A stretch of 64,000 nucleotides of DNA from Chloroflexota bacterium. GTDB lineage: Bacteria > Chloroflexota > Dehalococcoidia > Lucifugimonadales > Lucifugimonadaceae. The position numbers and the translations under genes are program-made. The stretch spans positions 8,529 to 72,528 of the forward strand of contig JACZRO010000002.1 of the NCBI GenBank assembly GCA_022574675.1, in the 5' to 3' direction. Numbering within the stretch: the stretch's first letter is position 1; each line of letters opens with the position of its first letter. A model generated the notes under the pieces. That model worked only from the letters and a program-made list of their open reading frames with translations. It was not told where the DNA came from and did no database searches. This document shows, in pieces, positions 17,557 through 28,122 of the stretch.

Positions 17557-18810
17557 TTAGACGTCCACCGCGTCGAGTTCGAACGCGCTGTGAAGCGCGT
17601 TGGCCGCTTTCTTGACCGAGGAAGAAGCGATGACGCAGGTGATCCTGATCTCGGAAGTGGTGATCATCTCTATGTTGACGTTGGAGCTGGACAACGCATC
17701 GAACATCGTGGCGGCGTAGCCGGGGCCGTTCTGCATGCCGGTCCCGACGATGCTTACCTTCGCCAGCCCGGCGTTGCCGACCACGTCTTGAGCAATTTCA
17801 GCGCAGGTCTGCCGCGTCAGGTCGAGCGTGCGTTCAAAATCGGCCTTCGACACCGTGAAAGTTACGTCCGTCAAGCCTTCCAGGGAGGCGTTCTGGACGA
17901 TCACGTCGACGCTGATCCCGGCCTCCGCCAGGGGGACGAAGATCTGGCTGACGATACCGGGGCGGTCTTCAACGGCGCGGACAGTGATTTTGGCGACGTC
18001 GCGCTCGACGGCGACGGCGGTTACGGCCCTGCGGACCTCCATCATGTGGGGACCTCCGTGGATCAGCGTGCCTGGCACGTCTTCAAACGTGGACGCGACA
18101 AGTATCGGTACATCGTAAACGGCGGCGAGCTCGATTGAGCGCGGGTTCATCTTGGCGCCCAGCGACGCCATCTCCAGCATCTCGTCGTAACCGATCTCGG
18201 CCAGCTTCCGGGCGGAAGGCACGAGACGTGGATCGGCCGTGTAGATGCCGTCAACGTCGGTGTAGATCTCGCACCGCTCGGCGTCCAGCGCGGCGGCGAG
18301 CGCCACGGCAGTGGTGTCCGAGCCCCCTCGTCCGAGCGTGGTCACGTCCTCGTTATCGGCGAGTCCCTGGAACCCGGCGACCACGCATATGCGCCCGAGT
18401 TCCAGCTCGCGTCGCAGCCGGGCGACATCGATGTCTGCGATGCGCGCCGAGCCGTGCGTGGTGTCGGTGCGGATGCCGGCCTGCTGGCCGCTGAGGCTGA
18501 CCGCCGGGTGTCCGGCCGACGAGATGGCCATCGCCATCAAGGTGGACGCGACCAGCTCTCCGGTCGAAAGCAAAGTGTCGAGCTCGCGCGCCTCCGGGGA
18601 ACGGCCGCCCGATACTTCGCGCGCCATCTCGATCAATCGGTCGGTCGAATCGCCCATCGCCGACACCACGACCACCAGGGACGCGCCGGTCTCTGCGCGA
18701 TCGCTAATCTTGCGGGCGATCGCGCTGATCTTCGCAGCGTCGGCAACGGAGCTGCCACCGTACTTCTGGACGATAACGGGCCGGGTCTCGCCGGAGTTAG
18801 TGCTCATCAC
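17557..18810 (-). CDS. lysC: Aspartate kinase
   Basis: VQKYGGSSV, VVVVSAMGDSTD, two C-terminal ACT-like repeats. Confidence 0.9.
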   Translation of the reverse strand: MMSTNSGETRPVIVQKYGGSSVADAAKISAIARKISDRAETGASLVVVVSAMGDSTDRLIEMAREVSGGRSPEARELDTLLSTGELVASTLMAMAISSAGHPAVSLSGQQAGIRTDTTHGSARIADIDVARLRRELELGRICVVAGFQGLADNEDVTTLGRGGSDTTAVALAAALDAERCEIYTDVDGIYTADPRLVPSARKLAEIGYDEMLEMASLGAKMNPRSIELAAVYDVPILVASTFEDVPGTLIHGGPHMMEVRRAVTAVAVERDVAKITVRAVEDRPGIVSQIFVPLAEAGISVDVIVQNASLEGLTDVTFTVSKADFERTLDLTRQTCAEIAQDVVGNAGLAKVSIVGTGMQNGPGYAATMFDALSSSNVNIEMITTSEIRITCVIASSSVKKAANALHSAFELDAVDV

Positions 18811-18838
18811 GTCTACCGCCGGTCCCGGGGGCCTTTAA

Positions 18839-19759
18839 TCACCGGGCAACCACGTGAGCGCCGCGTTCGGTCGGCCGAACAACGCGCGTGGTCGCCTCGA
18901 TACCGTGAAGACGGGCCGCCTCGGTCATTTCGTAAGCGACCGTGTTCTCGCGGCCGGTCGTGAAGGCCATGACCGCGGGGCCGGCGCCGGCCAGGAACGC
19001 GCCGTGCGCGCCGCCGGTCAGCGCGGCCCGGATGATGGTGTTGAGGCCTTTGTAGATGTCCGCGCGGGCCGGCTGGTGCAGCCGGTCTTCGGTGGCGTAC
19101 CGGAGCAGGTCAAGCTGGCCCGTCGAAAGCGCGTTCACCAGCAGCGCGGAACGGCCGATGTTGAACACCGCGTCCGCGCGTTGCACTTCGTCGCGCAGAA
19201 CGCTTCTCGCATGGGCGGTCTCGCCAACATAGTCCGGGATCAGAATGACGGTGTAAAGATCGTCCGGCAGTGCGACCCGGGAAGTGATCCATTTCTCGCC
19301 GGACTTCACCCCGATCTGGCATCCGCCGAGGATGGCCGGGGCGGCGTTGTCTGGATGGCCCTCGATCTCGGCGGCGAGCTCGAGCGCCTCCGTCGGGTCG
19401 GCGCCGTCGCCCTGCAAGGCGAACCCGGCCACGATGCCGCTCACGATGGCAGCAGAGCTGCTCCCGAGACCGCGTGCGAACGGTATGCCGTTCACGCAGT
19501 GGAACCGCATCTCCGGAAACTCGGCGCCGCGGGCTTCGTAGGCGGCGCGGGCGCCGGCGACGACCAGGTTGTGCTCGTCGCGCGGGATTTCCTCGGCTCC
19601 GTCGCCTTCGATCACGACCTTGAAGGGGCCGGGCTCAACGGTCAGCTCGTTCCACAGATCGACGGCGATCCCGATCGCATCGAAGCCGGGCCCAAGGTTC
19701 GCGGCCGTCGCCGGGACGCGCACGGAAACGCGTTGTAGCGTGTTGTTCTGGGGAGTCAT
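18839..19759 (-). CDS. thrB: Homoserine kinase
   Basis: VRVPATAANLGPGFD and GHMP motif PFARGLGSSSAAIV. Start at ATG 19759 inside the longer ORF. Confidence 0.9.
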   Translation of the reverse strand: MTPQNNTLQRVSVRVPATAANLGPGFDAIGIAVDLWNELTVEPGPFKVVIEGDGAEEIPRDEHNLVVAGARAAYEARGAEFPEMRFHCVNGIPFARGLGSSSAAIVSGIVAGFALQGDGADPTEALELAAEIEGHPDNAAPAILGGCQIGVKSGEKWITSRVALPDDLYTVILIPDYVGETAHARSVLRDEVQRADAVFNIGRSALLVNALSTGQLDLLRYATEDRLHQPARADIYKGLNTIIRAALTGGAHGAFLAGAGPAVMAFTTGRENTVAYEMTEAARLHGIEATTRVVRPTERGAHVVAR

Positions 19760-19986
19760 GTAACTCAGCGGATGGCGCTCACGCCCCCAACTTTTCGGGG
19801 TTCCCGGGATTTCCCGAGGTAAGCGCCGGGCGGGCAAGGCCCGGCAGGTGACAAAAAGAATGCCCGCGCCAACGCGCAGACAACGACTAAGTATAATCCG
19901 GCGGGTTTGGGCCCCGCACGTCCGGGGCGGGCGGATTTGGGAATTAGCGTTAGCTACGGCCGGTAAAGGCCGGGAACAGGACCGGG

Positions 19987-20991
19987 ATGTCTCCGAAGAA
20001 GGTTGCGCTGGTGGGCGCTGATAACGAACGTACGCACGAGATGGTCGTCGAGTTCAAACGGCTGGCGGCAGAAGCCGGTGGCGACGCCGATATCGTGTGG
20101 GTGGATTCGGAGCAACCTGAGGCCGGTATCGTCGCTGGAATCAGCGACGCAGTGGCGATAATCCACGGCTGGGGGGCGAAATTGCCAGCCGACCTGATCC
20201 GGCAGGCGCCGAGCGTGAAGCTCGTGCAGACGATGTCCGCAGGCACCGACTATGTCGATAAGCCCGGCCTCCACGCCATCGGCGTACCGGTCGCCAACAA
20301 CGGCGGCGGCAACGCGGTGGCCGTGGCCGAGCACGCAATCTGGCTGATGATCGCCGTGTACCGTCGCCTCGATGAACAGATTCGAGATACGGCCGCCGGT
20401 CTGTGGGGGGTGAACGTCGCACCGCACCGTGACGAGGCGCACGACCTGTCGGATAAGACGGTCGGCATCGTCGGGCTGGGACGGATCGGCTCACGGGTCG
20501 CACGGCGGTTGCAGGGCTGGGAGTGCCGCGTTATCTACTACGACGTGCTGGAGTTCTCGGACGAGTACGAAAGCGAGCTGGAAGTGGAGCGGGCGCCGTT
20601 CGACGAGCTTGTGGCGATCTCAGATGTGATCACCCTCCACACGCCGCTTGAGCCGACGACGAAGCACCTGATGTCGACCGATCAGTTCAAGGCGATGAAG
20701 GACAGCGCCATCCTGATCAACTCCTGCCGCGGGCCCGTAGTGGACGAGGCGGCTTTGGTCGAGGCGCTGAAGGCGGGCGAGATCTACGGCGCCGGATTGG
20801 ATGTGTATGAGGTCGAGCCGATCGAGATGGACAACCCGCTGTTCAAGCTTGAGAACGTCGTGATGACGCCGCACCTGGCGACGCGCGCGATTGAATCGAC
20901 CTATAAGACGATGGAGTTCGCGGCGGCAAACGTGTCGCGCGTCGCACGCGGTGAGGCCCCGGAGTCGATAGTCCCGCCCGTCGAGATGTAG
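19987..20991 (+). CDS. D-isomer-specific 2-hydroxyacid dehydrogenase family protein
   Basis: GIVGLGRIGSRVARRL, NSCRGPVVDE, MTPHLA. Confidence 0.85.
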   Translation: MSPKKVALVGADNERTHEMVVEFKRLAAEAGGDADIVWVDSEQPEAGIVAGISDAVAIIHGWGAKLPADLIRQAPSVKLVQTMSAGTDYVDKPGLHAIGVPVANNGGGNAVAVAEHAIWLMIAVYRRLDEQIRDTAAGLWGVNVAPHRDEAHDLSDKTVGIVGLGRIGSRVARRLQGWECRVIYYDVLEFSDEYESELEVERAPFDELVAISDVITLHTPLEPTTKHLMSTDQFKAMKDSAILINSCRGPVVDEAALVEALKAGEIYGAGLDVYEVEPIEMDNPLFKLENVVMTPHLATRAIESTYKTMEFAAANVSRVARGEAPESIVPPVEM

Positions 20992-21168
20992 CGCGGGCGA
21001 AAATCCCTCTCCCGGCCGGGCGTATTTCGGGCGCAGGGCGCCCGCTTATGGGTCAGGGCGAAGTCTTCATCGTGGGACCGCACCCGACATCAGCGTCGGA
21101 GATGGTTTCAAGGCCGTTGTGTACGTGTACTTCCCAGACAGGTTGTAGACAACAGAGTGAGAAGAATA

Positions 21169-21266
21169 TGCAGGGGCGGCTGACTATCCGCCCTTTAGTG
21201 CGCGGTTGGTTGTCTCCAGGCCCGACCGATCCACCTGGGCCGGTAGTCAACGGCCCCTACGATGCG
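21169..21266 (-). repeat. 98-nt composite palindromic element, copy B
   Basis: The reverse complement aligns with 10951..11048 over its full length. The flank 21067..21083 also matches 11084..11100. Confidence 0.75.
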
Positions 21267-21443
21267 CTGGCAGGCGGAGATCGTTGTTCATATCAGGGGC
21301 GGAACTTTTCGGATAGCCATTAAGGCCTCCTCGGGTCCACTGCGCCCACAGATCGAGCGCGCTGGGACGTACCCGCGAAAACGGCGGGCGACCAGCGGAA
21401 ATCGCGGTATCCCGGGCCTTATAATCAGATTTCGTGCCTTTTT

Positions 21444-21520
<77 letters not shown>

Positions 21521-21644
21521 CAGGCTCAACTGACCTAGCTATTGAAGGCTCGGCCAATATGGCCGGGCCTTTCTCTGGCAAACCCTGTCGCAATCAGAAC
21601 AGATATCGGTCTCTCCCGATTCGGACGAGACCCGAGCCCCGGGC

Positions 21645-22646
21645 TCAGTCGGCGGCCACGTCCTCACCGAGCTCGTAGCCCACCGCGTGATTCCAGCAGC
21701 GCCGGCTGTGCTCCGATACGAACTGGTACGCGGCCAGCGCCGCCACGGCGCCCTGCGAGGCCGCGGTGATCGTCTGCTTGAGCGTGCCGGAGCCGTCGGT
21801 GATATCGCCGGCGGCGAAAATGCCGTCCACGTTCGTATTCATGTGCCGGTCGACGTGTATCTCGTTCGTCTCCGAATTCAACTCCACACCGAGCGTTTGC
21901 GGTATCTCGACCCGCGGATCGGCGCCGATCTCGATGAACACGCCGTCCAGCACCATCTCGTCACGACCCTCGTAGGGCTTGCTGAGCTTGACGCCTGTCA
22001 GGCCTGCGGTGTCGTCGCCGAGTAGTTCCGTGACCTCGGTCTCGAACAACACGTGGACGTTTTGTCTCTTTTCGAGCAGATCGACGAGCACCGGCTCCGG
22101 CCTGCGGAACCGGTCGCCGCGGTAGATCAGGTAGGTCTCTGTCGTGTACTTATCGAGCAGAATTGCGCCCTCAACGGCGGCGCTGCCGCCGCCCACGACA
22201 GCAACGACCTTGCCCCGGAACAGCGGGGCGTCGCAGGTCGAGCAGTAGGACACGCCCTTGCCCGTCCACGCCTCCTCATGGGGGAGGTTGAGTTTTCGGC
22301 GCTCTCGGCCGATAGCGAAGATCACGGCGCCGGCGCGTACGGTCGAGTCGTCCGAGAGCGTCGCGAGGAAGCAGTCGCCGACGTCCTCGACCGCGGTCAC
22401 CGCGGCGTCGACGATCGGCAGGTCGTACTTCTCGACCTGCTCACGGAACCTGAGCATCAGATCGAAGCCATCGATCTCCGGATAGCCCGGGTAGTTCTCG
22501 ATTCCGCCACCGATGGCGGTCTCGCCACCGAACCGGTCGCCCACGACCAGGCCGTTGAGCTTGTAGCGGGCCGTGTACAGCGCCGCGGCAAACGCAGCAG
22601 CCCCCTGTCCGGCGATAAGGACATCCGTCGTGCGGGATTCTGGCAT
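21645..22646 (-). CDS. Thioredoxin-disulfide reductase-like flavoprotein (CxxC present)
   Basis: SYCSTCDAPLFRGKVVAVVGGGSAAVEGA and GIFAAGDITDG. Confidence 0.8.
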   Translation of the reverse strand: MPESRTTDVLIAGQGAAAFAAALYTARYKLNGLVVGDRFGGETAIGGGIENYPGYPEIDGFDLMLRFREQVEKYDLPIVDAAVTAVEDVGDCFLATLSDDSTVRAGAVIFAIGRERRKLNLPHEEAWTGKGVSYCSTCDAPLFRGKVVAVVGGGSAAVEGAILLDKYTTETYLIYRGDRFRRPEPVLVDLLEKRQNVHVLFETEVTELLGDDTAGLTGVKLSKPYEGRDEMVLDGVFIEIGADPRVEIPQTLGVELNSETNEIHVDRHMNTNVDGIFAAGDITDGSGTLKQTITAASQGAVAALAAYQFVSEHSRRCWNHAVGYELGEDVAAD

Positions 22647-22807
22647 TACTTCTTCTCAGGGCCGCGAGGCCCCTTACGTTGGGGTTAAGAGGCGCGCCTG
22701 CTCATGGGTGCTGTAAGTACGATGCAATTATCGCCCGTGTGGTGCGAACATTCCGATATCGGAGGCGTTAATCGGAGCGTCGCTCGGGAGAGCCCGCGCT
22801 CTACCCC

Positions 22808-25552
22808 TCAGGCGGCGCGATGGTCCAGAGCCGCCTCGAAAGGGGGCTCCTCACCGGATACATCCCTGATCGGGGTCGGCGCCGGCGGCGCGTCAAGGAG
22901 GCCGGGGAGGTAAAACTTCACCGTGGTTCCGACACCGGCCTCACTCTCAAGGAACATCTCGCCCTCGTGGAGCTCGACGAGCGATCGGGCGATCACGAGA
23001 CCCAGTCCGGTGCCGGGCACTGACCGGGTTTCCTTGTTGGAGGCGCGGAAGAACGACGTGAACAACTGCTTCTGATCTTCAGGCGAGATGCCGATGCCGT
23101 GATCGGCGACCGAGAACCACAACCGGCCTTCCCTCGTTTCCACCGAGATGTCGACCGTCTTCCCCTCTCCCGAGTATTTCGATGCGTTTGAGATCAGGTT
23201 TGTCAGGATCTGCTCAACGCGGTCCGGATCGCCATCGACCCATAGTTCCTCGGCCGAATAACTCTCCACGACGGTCTGGCCGCGGGGTTCCATGATCGGC
23301 TCGAACGAACGGATCAGTACGCGCAAAAGGGCGATGGCGTCGAACGGCTTCCGCTCAATATGCAGCTGGCCGCTCTGGATTCTTGACATGTCCAGCAGAT
23401 CGTCGATCAGGACGGCCAAACGGCGGCCGGAACGATATATCACCTCGATGTGTTGGACCTGTTTCTCTTCGAGATTACCGTTGCGATTCCTTTTCAAAAC
23501 CTCGGCGAGCGCCATGATGCTGGCCAGGGGCGTCTTCAGCTCATGTGACACCGTCGAGAGGAACTTGTTCTTCTCCTCATTGACGCGTTCCAGTTCGCGT
23601 TTCTCCTGGTCGAGGCGCTGCCGCAGCTCGCGCTCGCGGGCGAGCCGTATTGTCTGCGCGTGAAGCCGGGCGTTTGCAAGCGCTCCAGCAATCTGGGCCC
23701 CGATACGAGCCAGGAGGTCCTGGTCGCGCCCGGTGTAGGGGACCGGACCCGTGGTAGCCAGGTCTATGACCCCGATCACGTGGTCGTCCGACACTAGCGG
23801 CACGCTCAAAGCGGCGGTGATCCGCGGTTGGCTGGCAGCTCCCCCGGAGTCGTAGCGGTACAGGCCGCGGACCTGCGACGCGTCGAGCAGCAGGGTCTCA
23901 CGTTCCCGCACCACTTTTTCCAGACCAGACCCGTCAACGGGGTGGATCGAGCCGCGATGCCAACCAGAAACGGGCGTCCCGCCCACGTACGCCGGCGAAA
24001 GTGCGTCCCGCTCTTCGTCAAGCGCTGCGATCATGATGCGGTCGAACGGCACGAGCAGCTTCACCTGTTCGACGAAGGCGGGGTATACCCGTTCAGTGTC
24101 CAGCGATGCGCTGATGACGCGCCCGATCTCGGCGATGACCGCCCGCTCGTCGGCCTCGCGTTGCGCCTGTGCATACAGGCGGGCGTTTTCCACCGTCACG
24201 GCCATGCGGTCCGCGGCGGTGGCGAGGAAACTGAGAGAATCCTGCGGATATCCGCCGCCGACGAGTCGCGGACCGAGGATCAGGATCCCGGTGAGCGTAT
24301 CCTCGGCGATCATCGGCACGAGGAGTTCAGCGTCCAGCCGGGCCAGCGCCCGTCTCTCCTGTGCGCTCATGGCCTGAAGTTCAGGATCGGAATCCACCGT
24401 TCGCAGGTCCAGCGACGTGCCGTGGCGGTCGAACCAGGATGCCACCGCGCCCGTCCGTGACAGGGCGGCCGTCGGCGGCTGTCCGCGCGTGTCCGCGATT
24501 ATCAGCAGCCGCGTCCCGCTCGGATCCGGCAACGCCATCGACGCCCAGTCACTCTGCATGGCACGTCGAACGGTCTGGACCGTGTCGTCCGCCAGAGATC
24601 TGAGGTCCGAGATGTCGCGGGCGTTCTCGTTCATTTCCACGAGCGCCGTCAGATGGTCGTAACGCTCCCGGAAAAACAGCCGGTCGATAAATCGCTGCAC
24701 GCGGTCGATCGCGGGCTGGATAAAGACGCTCGTCAGGAGAACCGTCCCTACGGACGCCAGTATCCATGCCTCAAGGCTCATCGTTCGTGTGAAGAAGAAG
24801 ACTGCGCCGAACGACGCGCCGTAGGAAGCGAAGACGAACGAACTGACCAGCGTGTACGCCAGCCCCTTACGCAACAGCAGCCGCAGGTTCATCAGGCGGT
24901 GCCGGGTGACGGCAAGGGTCGTGATCAGGGCGAAGCCGATGTTGCCGACCACCCCGAGCGGATAGATGTTGATGCCGAGGGATGGGATGAAATCAGTGGT
25001 CCCGCCGAGCACCGAGACGAAAACGCCGAACCGCAGCATCTTTAATTGGGCGCGCTCTCGTCCATTTCCGGCGTTCGGAATCGCCCGGGTCAAATCCACG
25101 ATCGATAACAGCACCGGTGGATACGAGGCAAGAAGTAGAAGCGGGAACGCCCAGCCCAGCTGGGGAGCGAAGCCGTAGAAGCGCTCTTCGACTCCGGTCA
25201 CCGTCCAACCCGCCAGTGTGGCGGCCGCGGCGACGATGCCGAGGACGTACCAAACGCCCAGTATCACGGGGCTGCGACGCGCTCCGGTCAATCCGTGAAC
25301 GAAGTGGTAAAAGATGATCCCGCTGAACGGAATCACGACGATGGCGGCTTGCTCCCACGAGTAAGCCGCTATGGCGTCCGGGAACGCGTCCCGCATGCCA
25401 AATATCAGGAAACCCCAGAACGCGATCGCGACAAGGAACCCGGCGAAGATCAGGTTAAGCCGGTCGCGCGGGTCGCTGAGCACGGCCAGGCTCGCCAGGA
25501 ACAATGCGACAACACCCTGCACAAACGGCAAGGCGATATAGATGGCGTTCAA
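22808..25552 (-). CDS. Sensor histidine kinase: N-terminal multi-TM (7TM-type) domain, two GAF-like domains, HisKA, HATPase_c
   Basis: H-box FLSTVSHELKTPL, N-box NLISNASKY, G-boxes DHGIGI and GTGLGL. About 7 hydrophobic helices in the first 270 aa. No adjacent response regulator. Confidence 0.9.
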   Translation of the reverse strand: MNAIYIALPFVQGVVALFLASLAVLSDPRDRLNLIFAGFLVAIAFWGFLIFGMRDAFPDAIAAYSWEQAAIVVIPFSGIIFYHFVHGLTGARRSPVILGVWYVLGIVAAAATLAGWTVTGVEERFYGFAPQLGWAFPLLLLASYPPVLLSIVDLTRAIPNAGNGRERAQLKMLRFGVFVSVLGGTTDFIPSLGINIYPLGVVGNIGFALITTLAVTRHRLMNLRLLLRKGLAYTLVSSFVFASYGASFGAVFFFTRTMSLEAWILASVGTVLLTSVFIQPAIDRVQRFIDRLFFRERYDHLTALVEMNENARDISDLRSLADDTVQTVRRAMQSDWASMALPDPSGTRLLIIADTRGQPPTAALSRTGAVASWFDRHGTSLDLRTVDSDPELQAMSAQERRALARLDAELLVPMIAEDTLTGILILGPRLVGGGYPQDSLSFLATAADRMAVTVENARLYAQAQREADERAVIAEIGRVISASLDTERVYPAFVEQVKLLVPFDRIMIAALDEERDALSPAYVGGTPVSGWHRGSIHPVDGSGLEKVVRERETLLLDASQVRGLYRYDSGGAASQPRITAALSVPLVSDDHVIGVIDLATTGPVPYTGRDQDLLARIGAQIAGALANARLHAQTIRLARERELRQRLDQEKRELERVNEEKNKFLSTVSHELKTPLASIMALAEVLKRNRNGNLEEKQVQHIEVIYRSGRRLAVLIDDLLDMSRIQSGQLHIERKPFDAIALLRVLIRSFEPIMEPRGQTVVESYSAEELWVDGDPDRVEQILTNLISNASKYSGEGKTVDISVETREGRLWFSVADHGIGISPEDQKQLFTSFFRASNKETRSVPGTGLGLVIARSLVELHEGEMFLESEAGVGTTVKFYLPGLLDAPPAPTPIRDVSGEEPPFEAALDHRAA

Positions 25553-25702
25553 TCCCGCGTCATCCTCCCCCGGGGCGCTCTCGGTGATTAGCGTCGGCGT
25601 CAGGCGCCGCCAACATTCTCATCTCGACGGACAGGAGAATTGTCTCGTGCGACATCAGTGTGGGCAGCCGAGTTATCCACAGCCGTCCCTGCGTGCCAAC
25701 GC

Positions 25703-27853
25703 CTACGGATCGAAGCCCAACGCCTCTTCCACCGCGGCCAATCGAGGACCGACCCTCCAGTGCTGAGGAGTGAGCAATGCGAGTCGCTCATATATGGCAT
25801 GGGTTCGGAGCGCCGCCTCAAGATCGCCCGTCCCGGCGAGTTCCCAGTCCAGGTACGCGGCGCGGAAGTTCAGGTCGCGATCGAGAGGGTTGAGAGCCAG
25901 GGCGCGTTCGGCGCTCGCCGCCGCTTCTCGCAACGCAGCGACGGGGTCGGCGGTTCCCGGCTCGAGGGCGAGCTGCTCATACAGGCCGCTCCGGATCGTA
26001 TGAAACCGGGGCACATCGGGCGCGAGGGAGATTGCTTGATCGATATCGTCAAGTCGTTCGGCGGCGGTCGATCCGCCCGGATCGGGACTCGCCGCGGCGG
26101 CCGCGCTCGCGTCCGCCCGCAGCCGCTGGACGGTCTCGGTCCAGGTGATCCAGGTCACCGTAATTGCGACCAGAGCGACGATAAATACGGCGGCCGCCCG
26201 GATAGCGCCCGACATTGCCGGGCCTGACGTTTCGCTCGCGGATCGCCCGTTCTCCTCCCCGCGGAACACCCGGGCCGTCGCCACCGCAAGGCCGGCGAGC
26301 AACCAGAACAGCACACTGTCGCCCGACTTCGGGATTCCGGTCAGCCCGGCCACGAACCACGCTACCAGCGCCGCCCCGACGGCAAGCGTGACTGCCTGCC
26401 CGGCTCCGCCAACTTTACGATTCCGCCAGAGATTGCCGAGCAGAAGGAACGCGAGCGATAGCCAGAGCGCCATCCACGCAAGCAGTCCGGCCAGGCCGGT
26501 CTCGACGAGGCGGTTCAAGGGATCGTTATGCGCTGCCGGAGTTCGGACGTCTGTCAAGGAACGCGGGGCGACGAGTGGGAACACGTCCGGGAAGGTATCC
26601 GGACCGTAACCGAACAACGAGCGAATCAGGGTCCCACGCTCAACCCCCACCGGCGGCGCCGGACGGTTGACAGCAAGATCCAGCGCACCGTCCCAGCGAA
26701 CGAGGCGCGGGTTGGCATCGGAATCGAACACTCCCGTCAACGTCGTGATCCGGTCCTGGGTCTCGTTCACGATCGCAACACCCGTGGCGCCTGGACCGTC
26801 AGCAGCGACCGCTGACGATGACCTGGTGGGGTTCGCCCAACCATCGGTCATGCCCAGGAAAGCCAGCGAGGCGAGGACGGCCACAACGGTCAATAAGCCG
26901 GTCGCTGCGGCGCGCCGCCACCCGAACAGGACCGGAGCCAACACGCCGATCGCGAACATAGCGGTGGCGACCCCGAACCACGGGCCCCGGCTCAGGGTTA
27001 TCAGCAACGCAGTTATATGAACGAACGCCACCAGGCCATACACGGAGAGCCAGCCGGCCGCCCTCCCAAAAAACCTACGCCCGGCAAGCTCACGAACGGA
27101 GAGCGAAGCGCCGGCGGCCAGCGTGAATGTCACGGCAAGGATCGTGGCAAAAAAGATCGGATTCCCGGCCGTGCCGGACACGCGCGCCGTTCCCGAGGTC
27201 GAGCGAATGCCGAACGGTTCAAGGCCGAAGTGTTGCGCGATGCCGACGAGCGCGGCAAGCGTCCCGGCGGAGACGATCGCGGCCATCAGCCGCCAGACCT
27301 GTGACCGCGTTCGCAAACGGGTCGCGACGGCAAAGAATAGGACGCCGTACGAAGCGGTCGAGTACAGCGAGTAGCTCTCGCCCCCGGGGTCAGAACCCCA
27401 TGCGCTCAACCGGGGCACGAGGGCAAAAACAGTGGCCGCCGCAATGGTTCCGATAACGACCATGACGGACGCCATGACAAGGACCCGGGCGTCTCCCCGA
27501 ACCCCAGGAATCCGAAATATTCGGGAGACCCGGGAGATCAGGCCCCTGTCCAGGCGGCGAGGAATCGCAAATCCCTGACGCCAAACGATCAGTCCGGCGT
27601 CGACGAGAAGGAGAATAAGGACCGCGCCGGCCGCGATCCGGACCGTCGCGACCTTCGGCAACTCCGTCTTCGAGAGAAATGTTTCCTCGGACAGGACGAT
27701 AAGCGGCGTGATGACCGCCGCGATGAGCCAGGCCGCCTCGATCCCGTGGCCAAGCCACGCGCGCAGATCGGTGAAACGCGCCATCTCACGCACCGTGGGC
27801 GCGCTGCGTCGCGTACGGCGTGATGCACGAGACCGGGCCGTGATAGCGGTCAC
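25703..27853 (-). CDS. O-antigen ligase/polymerase-like (Wzy_C) polytopic membrane protein with C-terminal TPR-like region
   Basis: More than 10 TM segments, TLSRGPWFG loop motif, C-terminal helical repeats (ALALNPLDRDLNFRAAYL...). Confidence 0.7.
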   Translation of the reverse strand: MTAITARSRASRRTRRSAPTVREMARFTDLRAWLGHGIEAAWLIAAVITPLIVLSEETFLSKTELPKVATVRIAAGAVLILLLVDAGLIVWRQGFAIPRRLDRGLISRVSRIFRIPGVRGDARVLVMASVMVVIGTIAAATVFALVPRLSAWGSDPGGESYSLYSTASYGVLFFAVATRLRTRSQVWRLMAAIVSAGTLAALVGIAQHFGLEPFGIRSTSGTARVSGTAGNPIFFATILAVTFTLAAGASLSVRELAGRRFFGRAAGWLSVYGLVAFVHITALLITLSRGPWFGVATAMFAIGVLAPVLFGWRRAAATGLLTVVAVLASLAFLGMTDGWANPTRSSSAVAADGPGATGVAIVNETQDRITTLTGVFDSDANPRLVRWDGALDLAVNRPAPPVGVERGTLIRSLFGYGPDTFPDVFPLVAPRSLTDVRTPAAHNDPLNRLVETGLAGLLAWMALWLSLAFLLLGNLWRNRKVGGAGQAVTLAVGAALVAWFVAGLTGIPKSGDSVLFWLLAGLAVATARVFRGEENGRSASETSGPAMSGAIRAAAVFIVALVAITVTWITWTETVQRLRADASAAAAASPDPGGSTAAERLDDIDQAISLAPDVPRFHTIRSGLYEQLALEPGTADPVAALREAAASAERALALNPLDRDLNFRAAYLDWELAGTGDLEAALRTHAIYERLALLTPQHWRVGPRLAAVEEALGFDP

Positions 27854-28122
27854 TGCGCTCCGCTCCGCGCGATGGCCGCGGGGTTCAGCCGCAGGCGCGG
27901 TGAGGTCACCGACGGGAGCCGGTCAACGCGGAATACGTCCGCCGGGCCAGTTGCATCGCCAGACATGTGACGTCAGCGTATGGCTAGAGGCCGACGACGA
28001 CGACGTTCAGGCGCGTGAAATATCTGGGAGTCCGCACCAATGCGTGCCGAGAACCGCAACGCCTTTCCGGTCCGGGGCGCGTGGCCGGTCGCGCTACGCG
28101 TCCGGCAAGGGCATGGCCGCGG

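Noticed and set aside
16774-18138. 454-aa plus-strand ORF.
   Set aside because: It is antisense to the GT2 and lysC genes, has an Arg/Gly/Asp/Pro-rich composition and contains no motifs. This is a typical high-GC shadow ORF.
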